Shown: in pieces, positions 10,587 through 22,103 of the stretch | Numbering within the stretch: the first letter of the stretch is position 1 | Layout: every line of letters starts with the position of its first letter | The notes under the pieces: generated by a model | What the model saw: the letters and a program-made list of their open reading frames with translations, nothing else | Databases searched by the model: none | Told to the model about the DNA's origin: nothing | DNA from: Ginkgo biloba | Lineage: Eukaryota > Plantae > Ginkgophyta | Assembly (NCBI GenBank): GCA_024626585.2 | Contig: JANKJI020000001.1 | Location: forward strand, 8,882,334-8,911,314 | Direction of reading: 5' to 3' | Length of the DNA stretch: 28,981 bases | Translations under genes and position numbers: made by a program

Positions 10587-13149
10587 TGTTAAGAATAAGA
10601 GATTTTGGACACCCTTTTAAGAAAACCCACCAAGTGAAATTTCTTTAGTTCACTAAGATTTTAGAGATCAATATGACACCTCACTTCACAATGGTTTAGA
10701 CATCATCACCAGATAACTCATGTAAAATAATGTATCATAATTTGCTCAAAATGTATCAACAACATCACCAGATGAATGACAAAGAACAATGATATTTTAT
10801 TTAATAAGAGAATAACAATTCAACAACATACATTACAACATAATAATAAATGCAATGTTGAGAACTTTATTTTTATTAAACAAAATGTCTCTCACATAAG
10901 ATCAATTCTCCAAGAACTTTCTTTCCTAACAGTGATGTATAGATATCGTCACTACAACTTAATAATAGAAAATATGAAGAAAGGGAGATGAATAAGAATG
11001 ACTGAGAGGAAAATTTCACAGGGAATTACACATAGAAGAAGAAGAATCCCCCCTCCCCCATACCCTCATAATGATTGATGTTCCTCTTTTATCCTTTTTC
11101 TTGTGGATAACCATCAATTAATATTCCCTAAACTTTCTGACACCTAGATTTCATGCATGTTTTAAAGCCCATTGCTTTCAAGTTTGTTAATTATTTTTAG
11201 GTGCACTTCCATTTTTAGTTAAAAACCTCTATTTGATATATGAGTGAAAAGCAAGAAAANNNNNNNNNNNNNNNNNNNNNNNNNNNNNNNNNNNNNNNNN
11301 NNNNNNNNNNNNNNNNNNNNNNNNNNNNNNNNNNNNNNNNNNNNNNNNNNNNNNNNNNNNNNNNNNNNNNNNNNNNNNNNNNNNNNNNNNNNNNNNNNNN
11401 NNNNNNNNNNNNNNNNNNNNNNNNNNNNNNNNNNNNNNNNNNNNNNNNNNNNNNNNNNNNNNNNNNNNNNNNNNNNNNNNNNNNNNNNNGAGGCCCAAAA
11501 TCTAAAACTCATTTTTATTTTTATTTTGGGTTTGTGGCTAGTCACATGAAATAACAACTCTTTAACATCTCCCAAATGCTAAAACCTAATATGAATCATT
11601 TGGATGTTCCCTCTCATAACCATATGACTTAATTCAATTAATGTTCATTTATAAAATATTTTGGTCCATAGAGACTCGAGCACATATTGTATCCATTCTT
11701 TTCCCTATGTCCTGAATTACCAAACTCTTAGGTGGGCCCTTGCAAACACCCCTTTACTAATCCCTTTTGATTTTTCTTTCGATTTTGGAGGTCCTCGAGC
11801 GAGTGACATGCCATATATTTCTCCTGAATACTTGAACTTAACTTCTTTTAATTATTATTGTGGATCTGTACTGATAGTTGATCCCTTAACATTTGTTGAA
11901 GACCTGAATGCTCGAAACTCTAAAAGGTGTCTTTGGGTAGCTCCTACTTATTTTTCCCCCAAATATTTATGTTTTTCTTGAATAATGTCATGGAGGTTTC
12001 CTATAAGATTATCCTTCTTTCTAAAGTCATCATTGTTAACTTGATCTATTGCTTTAAGATTCCCTTTTGAACAAAGATGCTTTTTAATCGTTCCTAGCTT
12101 TTTCTCACTCATTTGTCAAACAAAGACCTTTCACCTATGCTATGTGCCATATTTCTATCAATATTAGTGCACTCTAAATTTCTTCTATGATTGAGTTGAA
12201 GATTTATATTTGAAGTGCATTCATGCATACAAATTTTTAGCGAAATTTGTAAGATGAATTATTAGAGAGTATGCAAGTGCTCCATGGCTCCCACATGTCT
12301 ATGTCCTTCGACCCTTACGAACTCCCCTTCTCACATAGGCTCTTGCATCTCTTCTTTCTCACCCCTTTCTCACCAAACTTTGGGTGCATGGTGTTTCTCT
12401 GTGTTTACCCCACATCCCCATCATGGATACATTCAAATCTTGTTCATAAATGTAGAAGGGAAACTCCAACTTCCACCTTTGAAATGAGCCATTAATGACC
12501 ATGCTGACAAAATATAAACCTGTAGTGACACATGTCATAGTATCACACGTGTCATAGCTTCTTGGGAATTTCTACGTACCTAATCTCTTCCTCAACATCA
12601 CATGGTTTGAAAACTCGAGTCCAATCTCCAAAATGTGACCTTTGGTNNNNNNNNNNNNNNNNNNNNNNNNNNNNNNNNNNNNNNNNNNNNNNNNNNNNNN
12701 NNNNNNNNNNNNNNNNNNNNNNNNNATATTTTTAACCCCATAAGCTTCTACGGAGCCAAAAAATTCTTAAGTTTCACTTTATTTGGGTTTAGGTTTGTGG
12801 GATATCAAATCTTTTTAATGATGAATATCAAGCATGCAACTTTAAAAAAATATATAACCCAAGACTTCAAACCCAAACTTATGTTCACTATTTGTCAACC
12901 ACCAACCTTCCAATCAATTGGTATTTAATATATGCTCATGTGTACCAAACCTCAGGAACTTAAAGGAAAAAGTGAACATTCTTGGATACCCAAAACCTAA
13001 AATCCAACATAACAAGTGTTGAAGTCCCTAGATCTGGCCCTTCACACCCATCTTCTTTATGGGTGACAAATCCTGCAACCTTACTTGCAATGAGCATTCC
13101 TTGCCAAAGACTTAGAAAAATAAAAGGGTGCCCTTTCAAGGGGTCAACA
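10587..13149 (-). mobile_element. Probable solo LTR (about 2.5 kb including gaps)
   Basis: Termini TGTTA (10587) and CAACA (13149) are near-inverted. TAAT flanks both sides (10583-10586 and 13150-13153). No PBS or PPT is adjacent. The right part is homologous to 6618-7560. Minus-strand AATAAA (about 10867-10878) and a TATA-like GATAAAAG (about 11085-11092) fit U3-R-U5 order. Confidence 0.65.
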
Positions 13150-14075
13150 TAATTGTATGACTCAACTCACTATTAAGACACATAAATATATATAAACCAC
13201 ATAACCACATTAGGACATGAAATCCTTGTCCAAATATACTTTATTATTTCTTATTCAACTCTAGAAAATATGGTCTAAAGCGTAAAACATCCATGTTCCA
13301 CACATGTCGAATGCTTAATCTCACAAACTATGTATATTCTAAAGCACTTAGATGTTTAGGTAGTTTTTTTTAGTTAGGAGATTTAATTTTGAACCAAATA
13401 TGGAATATTTATATATTTTATTTTTCATGTTGAGTAAAGTAGGCTAGAGTCAAATGATAATTATTAAAATAGGATTATGCATTGATTTTATTCGTTTATA
13501 TATTATGGGAAACTTATATATATATCACTTTGCTTCAAAATTATNNNNNNNNNNNNNNNNNNNNNNNNNGAATATGCTCTATGTAACTTTTTGTTGGAAT
13601 TAACTCTTCCTATGATTTTCCCTTCCTCATCTAAAGTTATTTATTTTGTCTATGTTTATGTATGTCCTTACTTGATAATTACTTAAAAGTTATTTTTTAT
13701 GTTGAATGAGCTAGTAAGTTTTAATGTTAAGGATAGGAAAATAAATAATTTGAATGCCAATTATAGAGTTAGGAATTTAATTTTTTCTATGAATTCACAT
13801 GCTTCCATAAATGACATATGATTATAATGGTGTCATATTTTCTTCCATGGTTTTATGGGTAGTGGTTTTGTTATCACAATAAAACACTATGCCTTTGAAC
13901 AACACTTGAAAGGTGTACTCTCGTAAGGAAAGTTCTCTTCCATCCAACGATCCATCCATCTTTCAAACTAAGTTGATAGTTCATTCATTTCTTGATATTT
14001 GAGCTTAATTATCAGATGATTAAGTGTTCCTCTATTACTTACTATATCATTATGTTTTATGTTTACTAAAGAATT

Positions 14076-14234
14076 AAATTCATTCTTATGGTAAACCCAT
14101 ACATATTCCAAGCCTGTTGGGATAATAAATCCCATAGATTATATAAAATAAAGTATTTAAATTTTATATAATCTATGGGATTTCTTATACTAACAGACTT
14201 GGGATGTGTATGGGTGTACCACATGAATGAATTT
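14076..14234. repeat. Long inverted repeat / fold-back (74-bp arms, 11-nt loop)
   Basis: Arm 14076-14149 matches the reverse complement of 14161-14234 at 65 of 74 positions with no indels. The inner 23 bp are perfect. Confidence 0.95.
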
Positions 14235-14649
14235 TTAGTGACCTAAATGGGTTTTGATACTAAAAATTCACTCAAAATGATATAAAACATACATATTGTA
14301 TAAGAACACATAAAACTCATGAATAGAATTAAAAACATCCACACCATAAACTAAATATATCATAATATAGAAATAAAAACTTATAGTGGGACCTAATTGA
14401 GATAAAGAAATCACTAAGGACATAACCTAAGTCTAAAATATCAAAAGGGACTAGAATCTCAAAGTCATATTATATTTAAAATGAGGCTTGGTTTCCATTA
14501 TATACTCAAAATGGACTTCCTTATCCTTAATCTTATCCTACATGCTATTGTGATAATCCTTTTGAAATGTGGCCTAACACATGTCTCTTACATAATTAAT
14601 ATAATTAATCATAGTCATAACATAATTAACCATTAGCATACATATTAGT

Positions 14650-14700
14650 TTGGGGACATAATATTCCATCTCCCCTTAACATGCTTCATCCTTAAAGCAT
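14650..14700 (-). mobile_element. Ty3/gypsy 3' end: PPT and start of 3' LTR
   Basis: Minus strand reads GCTTTAAGGATGAAGCATGTTAAGGGGAGATGGAA|TATTATGTCCCC. This resembles the common 'CTTGAGGACAAGC...AAGGGGGAGGG..|TGTAATGTCCCC' internal/PPT/LTR junction, with TG decayed to TA. Confidence 0.55.
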
Positions 14701-17594
14701 AACTATTTAAGGATTATATGAACCGTTGTAACTATAAGTCCTTCATTTTAAAACTATTAGTCTTTGATTAGGGTCGCTATAGATATGCCTCCTATAGATG
14801 GAGGTGGAGTGTAAATATTAGGTATTACTTATTTTTAGTTTTATTTTTTATTCATTAATGATTTTATGTTTTGATATATTTGAGTTCTTGATACTTATCA
14901 AGTGTAATGTCTGCAGGTAGGAGTAGGGAATCCACCATCACCATTAAGGGTTCCTCCCCATGGTAGAAAAATAAGGGTCATGATTTTTATCCTAGTAAGG
15001 GGGTAAATAAAGGTGGTTATGATGATAATGTTGGATGCACGAGTGATGATGTTAGTTTTAGCGTTAGAGAGGTTATAAAGGGAGAGGGAGATGGAGGTGG
15101 TCCTCCTTTTAAATGGATACCAAAGGATCAATTTATAGTATATGTATCTTGGGAATCTTAGTTGAGTTATAAGTACATAGTAAGGATAGATCCATTTTTA
15201 TTATTGGTCGAGGGGGAGTCAAGGGAGTTCCATTTTGGTGTCTTACTTCCTAATTTGGAGTTTATTACTAGGAGGTAACCTAGATCTCTTAAGAGAGACA
15301 CTACACTTATATTATATGTAGCTAGACATATCAAGGATTGTGGTAGGTCTCTATAGATATATTTATATAGTAAGTTTTGTATCTTGATGCTAAATTAATA
15401 ATATTTCTTATCTTTGTACATATGATCATTACTCATATATACTTAAGTACTTTTTGTATCATTTTGATGATGATATTTATTAACTATATCTATACATATC
15501 ATGTGACTTGCTATTAATGTTCGATGTTGAATATTTTAATGTTTATTATTATTTTGGCACTTATTAAAAAAAATAGTGTTTCACATTTATTATAGAAGAA
15601 ATTATTTATTATATAAATCATAATTAAGGTATATAAAGATTCTTTCCCCCACCCTAACCAGCCCATAAAATATTATAAGTGAGGTCCCATTATNNNNNNN
15701 NNNNNNNNNNNNNNNNNNNNNNNNNNNNNNNNNNNNNNNNNNNNNNNNNNNNNNNNNNNNNNNNNNNNNNNNNNNNNNNNNNNNNNNNNNNNNGAGAAGT
15801 TATTTTTTTTAGTATAATAGTATGATAGGAGTTATGTACTTGTTCTCTATTAAACATATATTTAAACTAATGAAATAAATATCTATTTAGTTGCATGTTA
15901 GATTTGTGCACATGTTTTCATAATTTTTAGTTACTATAAGATGCAAGGATAGGTAGGCAGTTTACCCTAACTTCAAACTCAAGCCCAAAAAATCTTCTAT
16001 AGGTTCAACTAATGATTAAAGCATTGAGAATTTATAGGAGATATTGGGATAATAGTAATTAACGTCTATAAGGATGATAGGCTTGCTTGGTTTAGTCCTA
16101 ACCACTAATTGAAGTTGTTATGCCTTCTTTTAGATTTATAGTTGTATAAGAGTACTTTGTGATAGATAAGTAGAAGTTTCATCTTATGCAAGATTAAACA
16201 AGTCTTTTCAAACTTGTTAAATGATGCCTAATTTATTTCAACAATTTCAACCTTCAATCCTCCTTATCCTTTTCTTAGTGAGATCTATGTTAGTATCCCT
16301 AACACTTCAAGTATTTCCAAGGACAATTAATACCCTTGGAGCCACACAACTAGCGATTCCCCTCTTGGTCACTCCCATCCACCTATGGGACCTGGTTAAC
16401 AAGTTGTTAGTCCACCTTGACATTGGTATTAGTAGACAATATTGCATTTTCAATTAGGGTAGTTTCTTTATAGATTTACTACTCAAATAAATACTTTAGT
16501 GGATTTACATCTTAGTATAGAATATTTGGGGAATTCATACTTAAATTGGTTAACATTAGATTTAGTTTTCTTTAAACTCACATGATTTAACTCTTTGCAT
16601 TTACTTTCTTTTCTTTTCCTTTTATTAATAACAAGTTTTCGATCTACATTGCATTCTACTTGCACACTTGTTCTTGACCTCTTTAAAATGGTAAATGAAC
16701 CTCATATCGACATGTGATGATTTACTTTCATAAGGAAAGCTCATCACCTAGGCACTCTTATTATTAACATAGGACAAGTAGAAACTACTAAGAAAGTTTG
16801 ATAAGAAATGAGAGGGAGTTGAGGCTTATTTATTACTTAAACTTTCGTGACTTGCACAAGGTTATTGCTTGGTCAATTGAGGTTATTGTTTAAGCTCTTT
16901 AACATATCTTAATGCTTAGAAAATAAGCACACTTACTCTGCCTTAGTTAGAAGGCTTCCTTAAGTCAATTAAGGGTCCTTTAGCTTATAATACACAAGGC
17001 CTTTGGATTTTTATCTACTAAGCTAGTCTGCAAGTTAAGAGCGTAATGGTTGGTGGCCTTGAAATCCAAACTATAGGTTGAAGGACTAAACAAACTTATG
17101 GTGGGTCCTTGCCTATTTGTGCCCTTAATTATATCATTAATTTGAAGGGTAGGAATGCTCTTCCTAAATATTTTTTTTTTATCTAGATGCTTTATTGAAA
17201 CAAGAACCCGATGATAATTTGACTATGTTATGATCTTAAGTAGCCTGTTTATTTAGTAAAGGCACCTCCTCAAAATCCTTGATGACCATTGTTAAAAGGG
17301 TTCATTACTTTGGTTTTATGTTTATTAGCATATTCTTATTAGTAGGAGGTGGCCAATATTGGCACAATATAACTAAAATATACACCTCATTGCTCTAATT
17401 TTAACTGAATGCATGCAAATATAGAATTGTAGAAATTGAAAAAAATAATAAACAATTACTTCCTAGATCTAAATGCAAACTCAGAAATAAANNNNNNNNN
17501 NNNNNNNNNNNNNNNNNNNNNNNNNNNNNNNNNNNNNNNNNNNNNNNNNNNNNNNNNNNNNNNNNNNNNNNNNNNNNNNNNNNNNNNNNNNTCC

Positions 17595-17695
17595 CCATTT
17601 CCTATAGACGGCTACCCTCTGTGAGAGTGTGACAGGCATTTCATGTTTTTCTCCATTTCCTATAGACTACCACTCTCTGTAAGAGTGTGACAGGC
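17595..17695. repeat. Direct repeat, 2 x 43 bp (period 58), in the presumed first coding intron of the epsin gene
   Basis: CCATTTCCTATAGAC...CTCTGTRAGAGTGTGACAGGC occurs at 17595-17637 and 17653-17695, abutting the 100-N gap. Confidence 0.9.
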
Positions 17696-17851
17696 GATTG
17701 ATCTGATGCACCATTACGAAGATTTAACTTAACATTACAGTTTATGGGATGATGCTTTAACTCTTGTTAAAATCCATGTGTACTACATTTTTTTGATTCG
17801 CGGATTTATCGATTTAATACCTTTTTTGATTAATTCTCAATCAAATTGCAG

Positions 17852-17903
17852 CAAGAGGGAGGTGAATAAGAAGGTTCTTAAAGTTCCTGAAATCGAACAG
17901 AAG
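17852..17903 (+). CDS. EPSIN2: Clathrin interactor epsin (ENTH domain, EPSIN2/3 type), internal coding exon
   Basis: ttgcag|C AAG AGG GAG GTG...CAG AAG|gtaagg gives (L/I)KREVNKKVLKVPEIEQK, matching plant EpsinR2-type KREVNKKVLKVPGIEQK. The upstream exon (about MKKxFxQTVRD) was not seen and is probably in gap 17492-17591. Paralogue assignment (2 vs 3) is tentative. Confidence 0.95.
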
Positions 17904-18478
17904 GTAAGGAACCCTCCTATTGTTGATGATTGCTACTGAGACTCGATATTTACCTTTAATGTCGGATTTGGTGGAGTAAACTATCATGCAAATTGACATG
18001 CTTGACCCCCATAGCTCGTTATTTTAAACTAAATCTCGGTTACAGCATTGCCGAGGGACTAGTTAGGTGCGACTATTGAAATTTGGTTAATGAACAGAAA
18101 AATGCAAAACAATATATGTTTTAACTTTTAAGAGTTCAAGAAATAGCCCCTAAATGCGGTAAATAGCTGTGAAAGCATAAAATCAACCTTGCTTTTAGAC
18201 AGTCTTAGAAATGATAAAATAGGGCCACAAAACATCATGAACTAACAATTAAAATCAATTTGGAACAGCCCAGAAATAGCCTGGAAATAGGAGAGAAGCA
18301 CACTGAGTAATGAGGACATGTTTTGATTTGTGGAGGAAACCCACAGATGTATTCAGCTATGCATTTCCTTGATTTGGTGCAGGAGGAATAGTTTTCCTCC
18401 TCAGATATTATTCTGTGAACTTGGTAAATTATCTGCCAAAACCAAGTAATCTTCTCATATTGTGCTCCTCTTTGTCAG

Positions 18479-18558
18479 GTACTTGATGCAACAAGCAATG
18501 AACCTTGGGGTCCACATGGGGCACTTATGGCAGAAATTGCTCAGGCTACAAGAAATTT
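18479..18558 (+). CDS. EPSIN2: Epsin ENTH-domain exon (80 nt)
   Basis: tgtcag|GTA CTT GAT GCA...AGA AAT TT|gtaaga gives [26 protein letters not shown](F), containing the hallmark ENTH ATxxEPWGP motif. It is in phase with both flanking exons. Confidence 0.97.
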
Positions 18559-18670
18559 GTAAGATAATCTTTTCAGTTTCAATTTCAGGGCCTTTTATGT
18601 TGACAGATTTAAGGCTTTTGTTGTTATGAAGAATTGTTGGAGAATTGATGGCGGATTTGCTACCCTGCAG

Positions 18671-18753
18671 TAATGAATNNNNNNNNNNNNNNNNNNNNNN
18701 NNNNNNNNNNNNNNNNNNGTGATACTGGCAGAAATTGGCGTCATGTTTATAAG
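18671..18753 (+). CDS. EPSIN2: Epsin ENTH-domain exon, interrupted by a 40-N gap
   Basis: ctgcag|T AAT GAA T[N40]GT GAT ACT GGC AGA AAT TGG CGT CAT GTT TAT AAG|gtacat gives (F)NE...xDTGRNWRHVYK, with the hallmark ENTH NWRHVYK motif. The next exon (ALTVLEYL...GSE) was not found in the called bases. Confidence 0.95.
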
Positions 18754-20514
18754 GTACATATTTTTCTCCTCCTTATTTGGTAGCCAAAATCATAAATGTC
18801 ATTTTAAGCGGTCTCTTTGTCAGGGAATGCCACAGTTTATTCATTGTCTTTTTGCTTTAGCTAGAACACCACACTATGTGTTTTGGCAGAAATGCCTTTT
18901 GCCTTGGTCAAAATACAGTCTCTTCATGCTTGNNNNNNNNNNNNNNNNNNNNNNNNNNNNNNNNNNNNNNNNNNNNNNNNNNNNNNNNNNNNNNNNNNNN
19001 NNNNNNNNNNNNNNNNNNNNNNNNNNNNNNNNACCTTTCACGGTGCTTCCCATATAACTATTCCAAATGTTTCTTCCTTTAAACTCACAAACTATGAATC
19101 CCTGCAACCAACATGTGATTTCCAACTGCGGGTCTATTGATGCACTATGCAAACATGAATGACCTCCCCACTTCAATAAAAATTATAAAATGCTTCTATT
19201 CCATTTAGAAAAATCCATATGCAGTCTAAAAAGGGATTTGAAAAATGTCCTATATGCAATCATTAATGTTAAGCCGCCCATACATTGCATCCTGCTCTCA
19301 ATTGCATTAAATTCATCAAATTATATTTTTTGCATTAATTTCATTTCATGGCATTGATTTTTTTGGGAGGGGGAGGGGTTGGTCGAATAGCCAATTATTT
19401 TAGTATATATAGCAATAGTAATAGTAATAGATTCAGACATGTGCCTACTGCATATTATAACTGTGGATTCAGACATGAGACCTTCCCATTCTGTTTACAT
19501 TGCTATGAGCCTAGTAATACATCATAAGAAATATTTTGCATTCTATGCTGAAATCCTTACCGAAATGATGTAAACATGTTAGAAGTGTTATCAGAGCTTT
19601 GATTGGATTTTGGTTAGGGAAGATTGTTGTACTTATATCAGTCAGATTCAGGATTTCAGGAACATGTAACTTTGAGGTTGCAGAGCACTCACTCGACCAT
19701 GGGCAAGGCTAGATTTAGTGCCAAGGCCTTCCTTGGATCTTCATGTAATGTTTTTGTGGAACTTTGATTATATGAAATACTTGAGCGAATATGCCTATCA
19801 TGGTTGAAGTGGAAAAACTCTGTTACATTGACAGTTGATTGAACCTACTAAATTTGTCTATCTTGGTGAAAAGCAAATTTCAGCCTTTGGGAGGGGCATT
19901 GTTAAATACCAGTCATCATCCTTTTGTTGAGGCCTTTCTACTAGCAAGTATTGGTCCCCATTTGGGAGATTCCCTGTCAATCTCTGTTATGCTAAAACTA
20001 TGGTGATACATACTGACATGCGGAGATGAAGTTCAGGAGTTGATCATGGCGATCCTACAACAACCAAACAATCAGTTTACAGGTTTTACATCTGATTTTT
20101 TGCATATGGTGTTGTGGATCATCATTTAAGAAACTAATATTGGGCTGTTAGGTCTGTATTCTTTTTTGAAAGCATCCACAATCGTGATGAAACCATGTTT
20201 CAAGAATTAGGGTTTAATTTGAATTGCAATCTTTATAGCCACGAATTGCCTAGCCAACTTGGGGGTTCACTATCAGTTCTCATGCCGACATGGGGCCCAC
20301 CACCAACAGTTGGGTTATCCTTCCATCGTTGGGACAAACAGCTTGCCACATGGGTCAATTCTTGGTTAGATTGTGTAAGGCCTAGGACCACCACCTTACA
20401 GAGTGTTGAAAGTTTAGAGCTAACATAGTGGCACTTATTCTGTTCTAAGCAAGATAGTGATTGGAGCATATGATCTACCAATGACTCCTTTCCACCTTTT
20501 AGCTTAATATAAGA

Positions 20515-20821
20515 AGGCGAGAGATTTGCAGAACTTCCCACCTACTAACAATAAGACCAAGCTCCTAAAAGTAGAACTTCCTCTGCAGGTGAAAAGGAAT
20601 CTTGGACAAGAAGATAATTTGAGAGACTATGTAACTTCTTGTATCCTTTGACAAAAGGATTTAGCTAAATACAAACAGGTGAGAGATTTGCAAAACTTCC
20701 CACCTACTCACAATAGGACCAAGCTCGTAGAAGTAGAACTTCCTCTGCAGATGAAAAGGAATCTTGGACAAGAAGATAACTTGAGACACTATATAACTTC
20801 TTGTATCCTTTGACAAAAGGA
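20515..20821 (+). repeat. Direct repeat, 2 x 145 bp (period 162, about 93% identical), just upstream of a TATA-like box in an LTR-like segment
   Basis: 20515-20659 vs 20677-20821 differ at about 10 positions by hand count. CTATTATAAAAGG follows at 20841-20853. Confidence 0.95.
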
Positions 20822-21138
20822 GAAGAGGAGGAATCATTAGCTATTATAAAAGGTAGACTTGAGCCTAGGAAGGTTCTAACTTATCAGTTTGTAGTCTAGA
20901 AAGATCAGTCTTTTTGCAAGAGGGGGTTTCCCCTGTGGATAGGGGAGCAAATATCGATTGTATGTGACTGTAAACAATATAATAACTTAATAAGAGTATT
21001 TCTTTCATTTTGAGTATTCTACTTGTTTGTAGTGATCTAATAGTTCTGGTTTTAGCTTTCATGCAAGGTTAGAGAGCTTATGCTAACAGCAGGTTAGAAA
21101 GACAACCAGCCTAATAGTGTCGGATGAACCAACCATTG

Positions 21139-21300
21139 CAGTGAATTGTCATCAAAGTGGAGCAACTGCAATTACATTGGTATCGGTGCAGAGAAACAAC
21201 AATCTTCATTGTTATCAAATTAACAACAGTTGCACGGGTATCAGAGCAACAAGAGTTGCATTAGTATCAGAGCAGTAGTTACACTGGTATTAGAGCACAA
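21139..21300 (+). repeat. Tandem array of about six degenerate 'LTR-end + tRNA-iMet PBS' units
   Basis: Units start near 21139, 21169, 21200, 21227, 21253 and 21276, with consensus CAGTTRCA-T-TGGTATCAGAGC-A(ACAA). TGGTATCAGAGC is complementary to the 3' end of plant initiator tRNA-Met. Confidence 0.8.
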
Positions 21301-22103
21301 GTAGAAAGAGTAATAATTACCAAAATAATTTGGATAGGAAAAGAAGGGTAACTTGCTTTCCAAGCATAATTGTTTTTAGGTAGTGTTGGAGTAGTCCTTT
21401 TTCAGGGTTCATTCAACTAGTCTAGCCTCTATGCTTTGTGTTTGAAATGCTTTGAGATACCTTCCATGATGAATATGTGTTAAAGTACCCTTTAAGGTTT
21501 CAAGTTAGTTTTTTAATGNNNNNNNNNNNNNNNNNNNNNNNNNNNNNNNNNNNNNNNNNNNNNNNNNNNNNNNNNNNNNNNNNNNNNNNNNNNNNNNNNN
21601 NNNNNNNNNNNNNNNNNNNNNNNNNNNNNNNNNNNNNNNNNNNNNNNNNNNNNNNNNNNNNNNNNNNNNNNNNNNNNNNNNNNNNNNNNNNNNNNNNNNN
21701 TAAAGGTTTTAGAAGTAAACCCATGGTTAGAGAAGACAATAGTACGGGATTTATTACCTCCTCGTGTTTGAATCAAGTTTTGACAATGATGATATAGCAT
21801 TTCTATTGCTTGACGAAGTTGTAGAGGTGGTCGCCAGACAAGATCAAGAGGTGATTGCAAAGAAAGCTATCACACTCCACTAGAGTTCGGAGAAGCCATT
21901 TGTGCCTACATATTTAGGGTTAAAGGAGCTGAACATAGTGAAATACCCAATTGCAACATCCTCAAAGCCAATGCCCTTGCAAATGTTAGGGTTGAGGGGC
22001 CCCAAATGTACCTATAGTTATCTTAAGTCCATGGAGCAACATTAATAATGCGATTTTGGGGTTAAAATAGCAATAATAGCAACAACAATAGGGTGAATTC
22101 CAG

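Noticed and set aside
14898-16665. Weak gag-leader-like minus-strand fragments (e.g. GGTLNGDGG, VSLKRSRLP)
   Set aside because: Probably TE debris, but too decayed to assign a family or boundaries by eye.
17036-17110. tRNA/SINE-like segment (GAGCGTAATGGTTGG...)
   Set aside because: No cloverleaf or convincing B box could be built.
18919-18932. Possible next epsin exon after cag| (TCT CTT CAT GCT TG)
   Set aside because: It translates SLHA, not the expected ALTVL, and the polypyrimidine tract is poor.
20191-21135. Solo LTR 20196-21130 with AACCA target-site duplication
   Set aside because: The right end is CC rather than CA before the second AACCA, and PBS units follow. The boundary is not supported.
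21139-21300. CRISPR-like repeat/spacer appearance
   Set aside because: Eukaryotic context, degenerate repeats, spacers only a few nt long, and no cas genes. It is better explained as PBS units.
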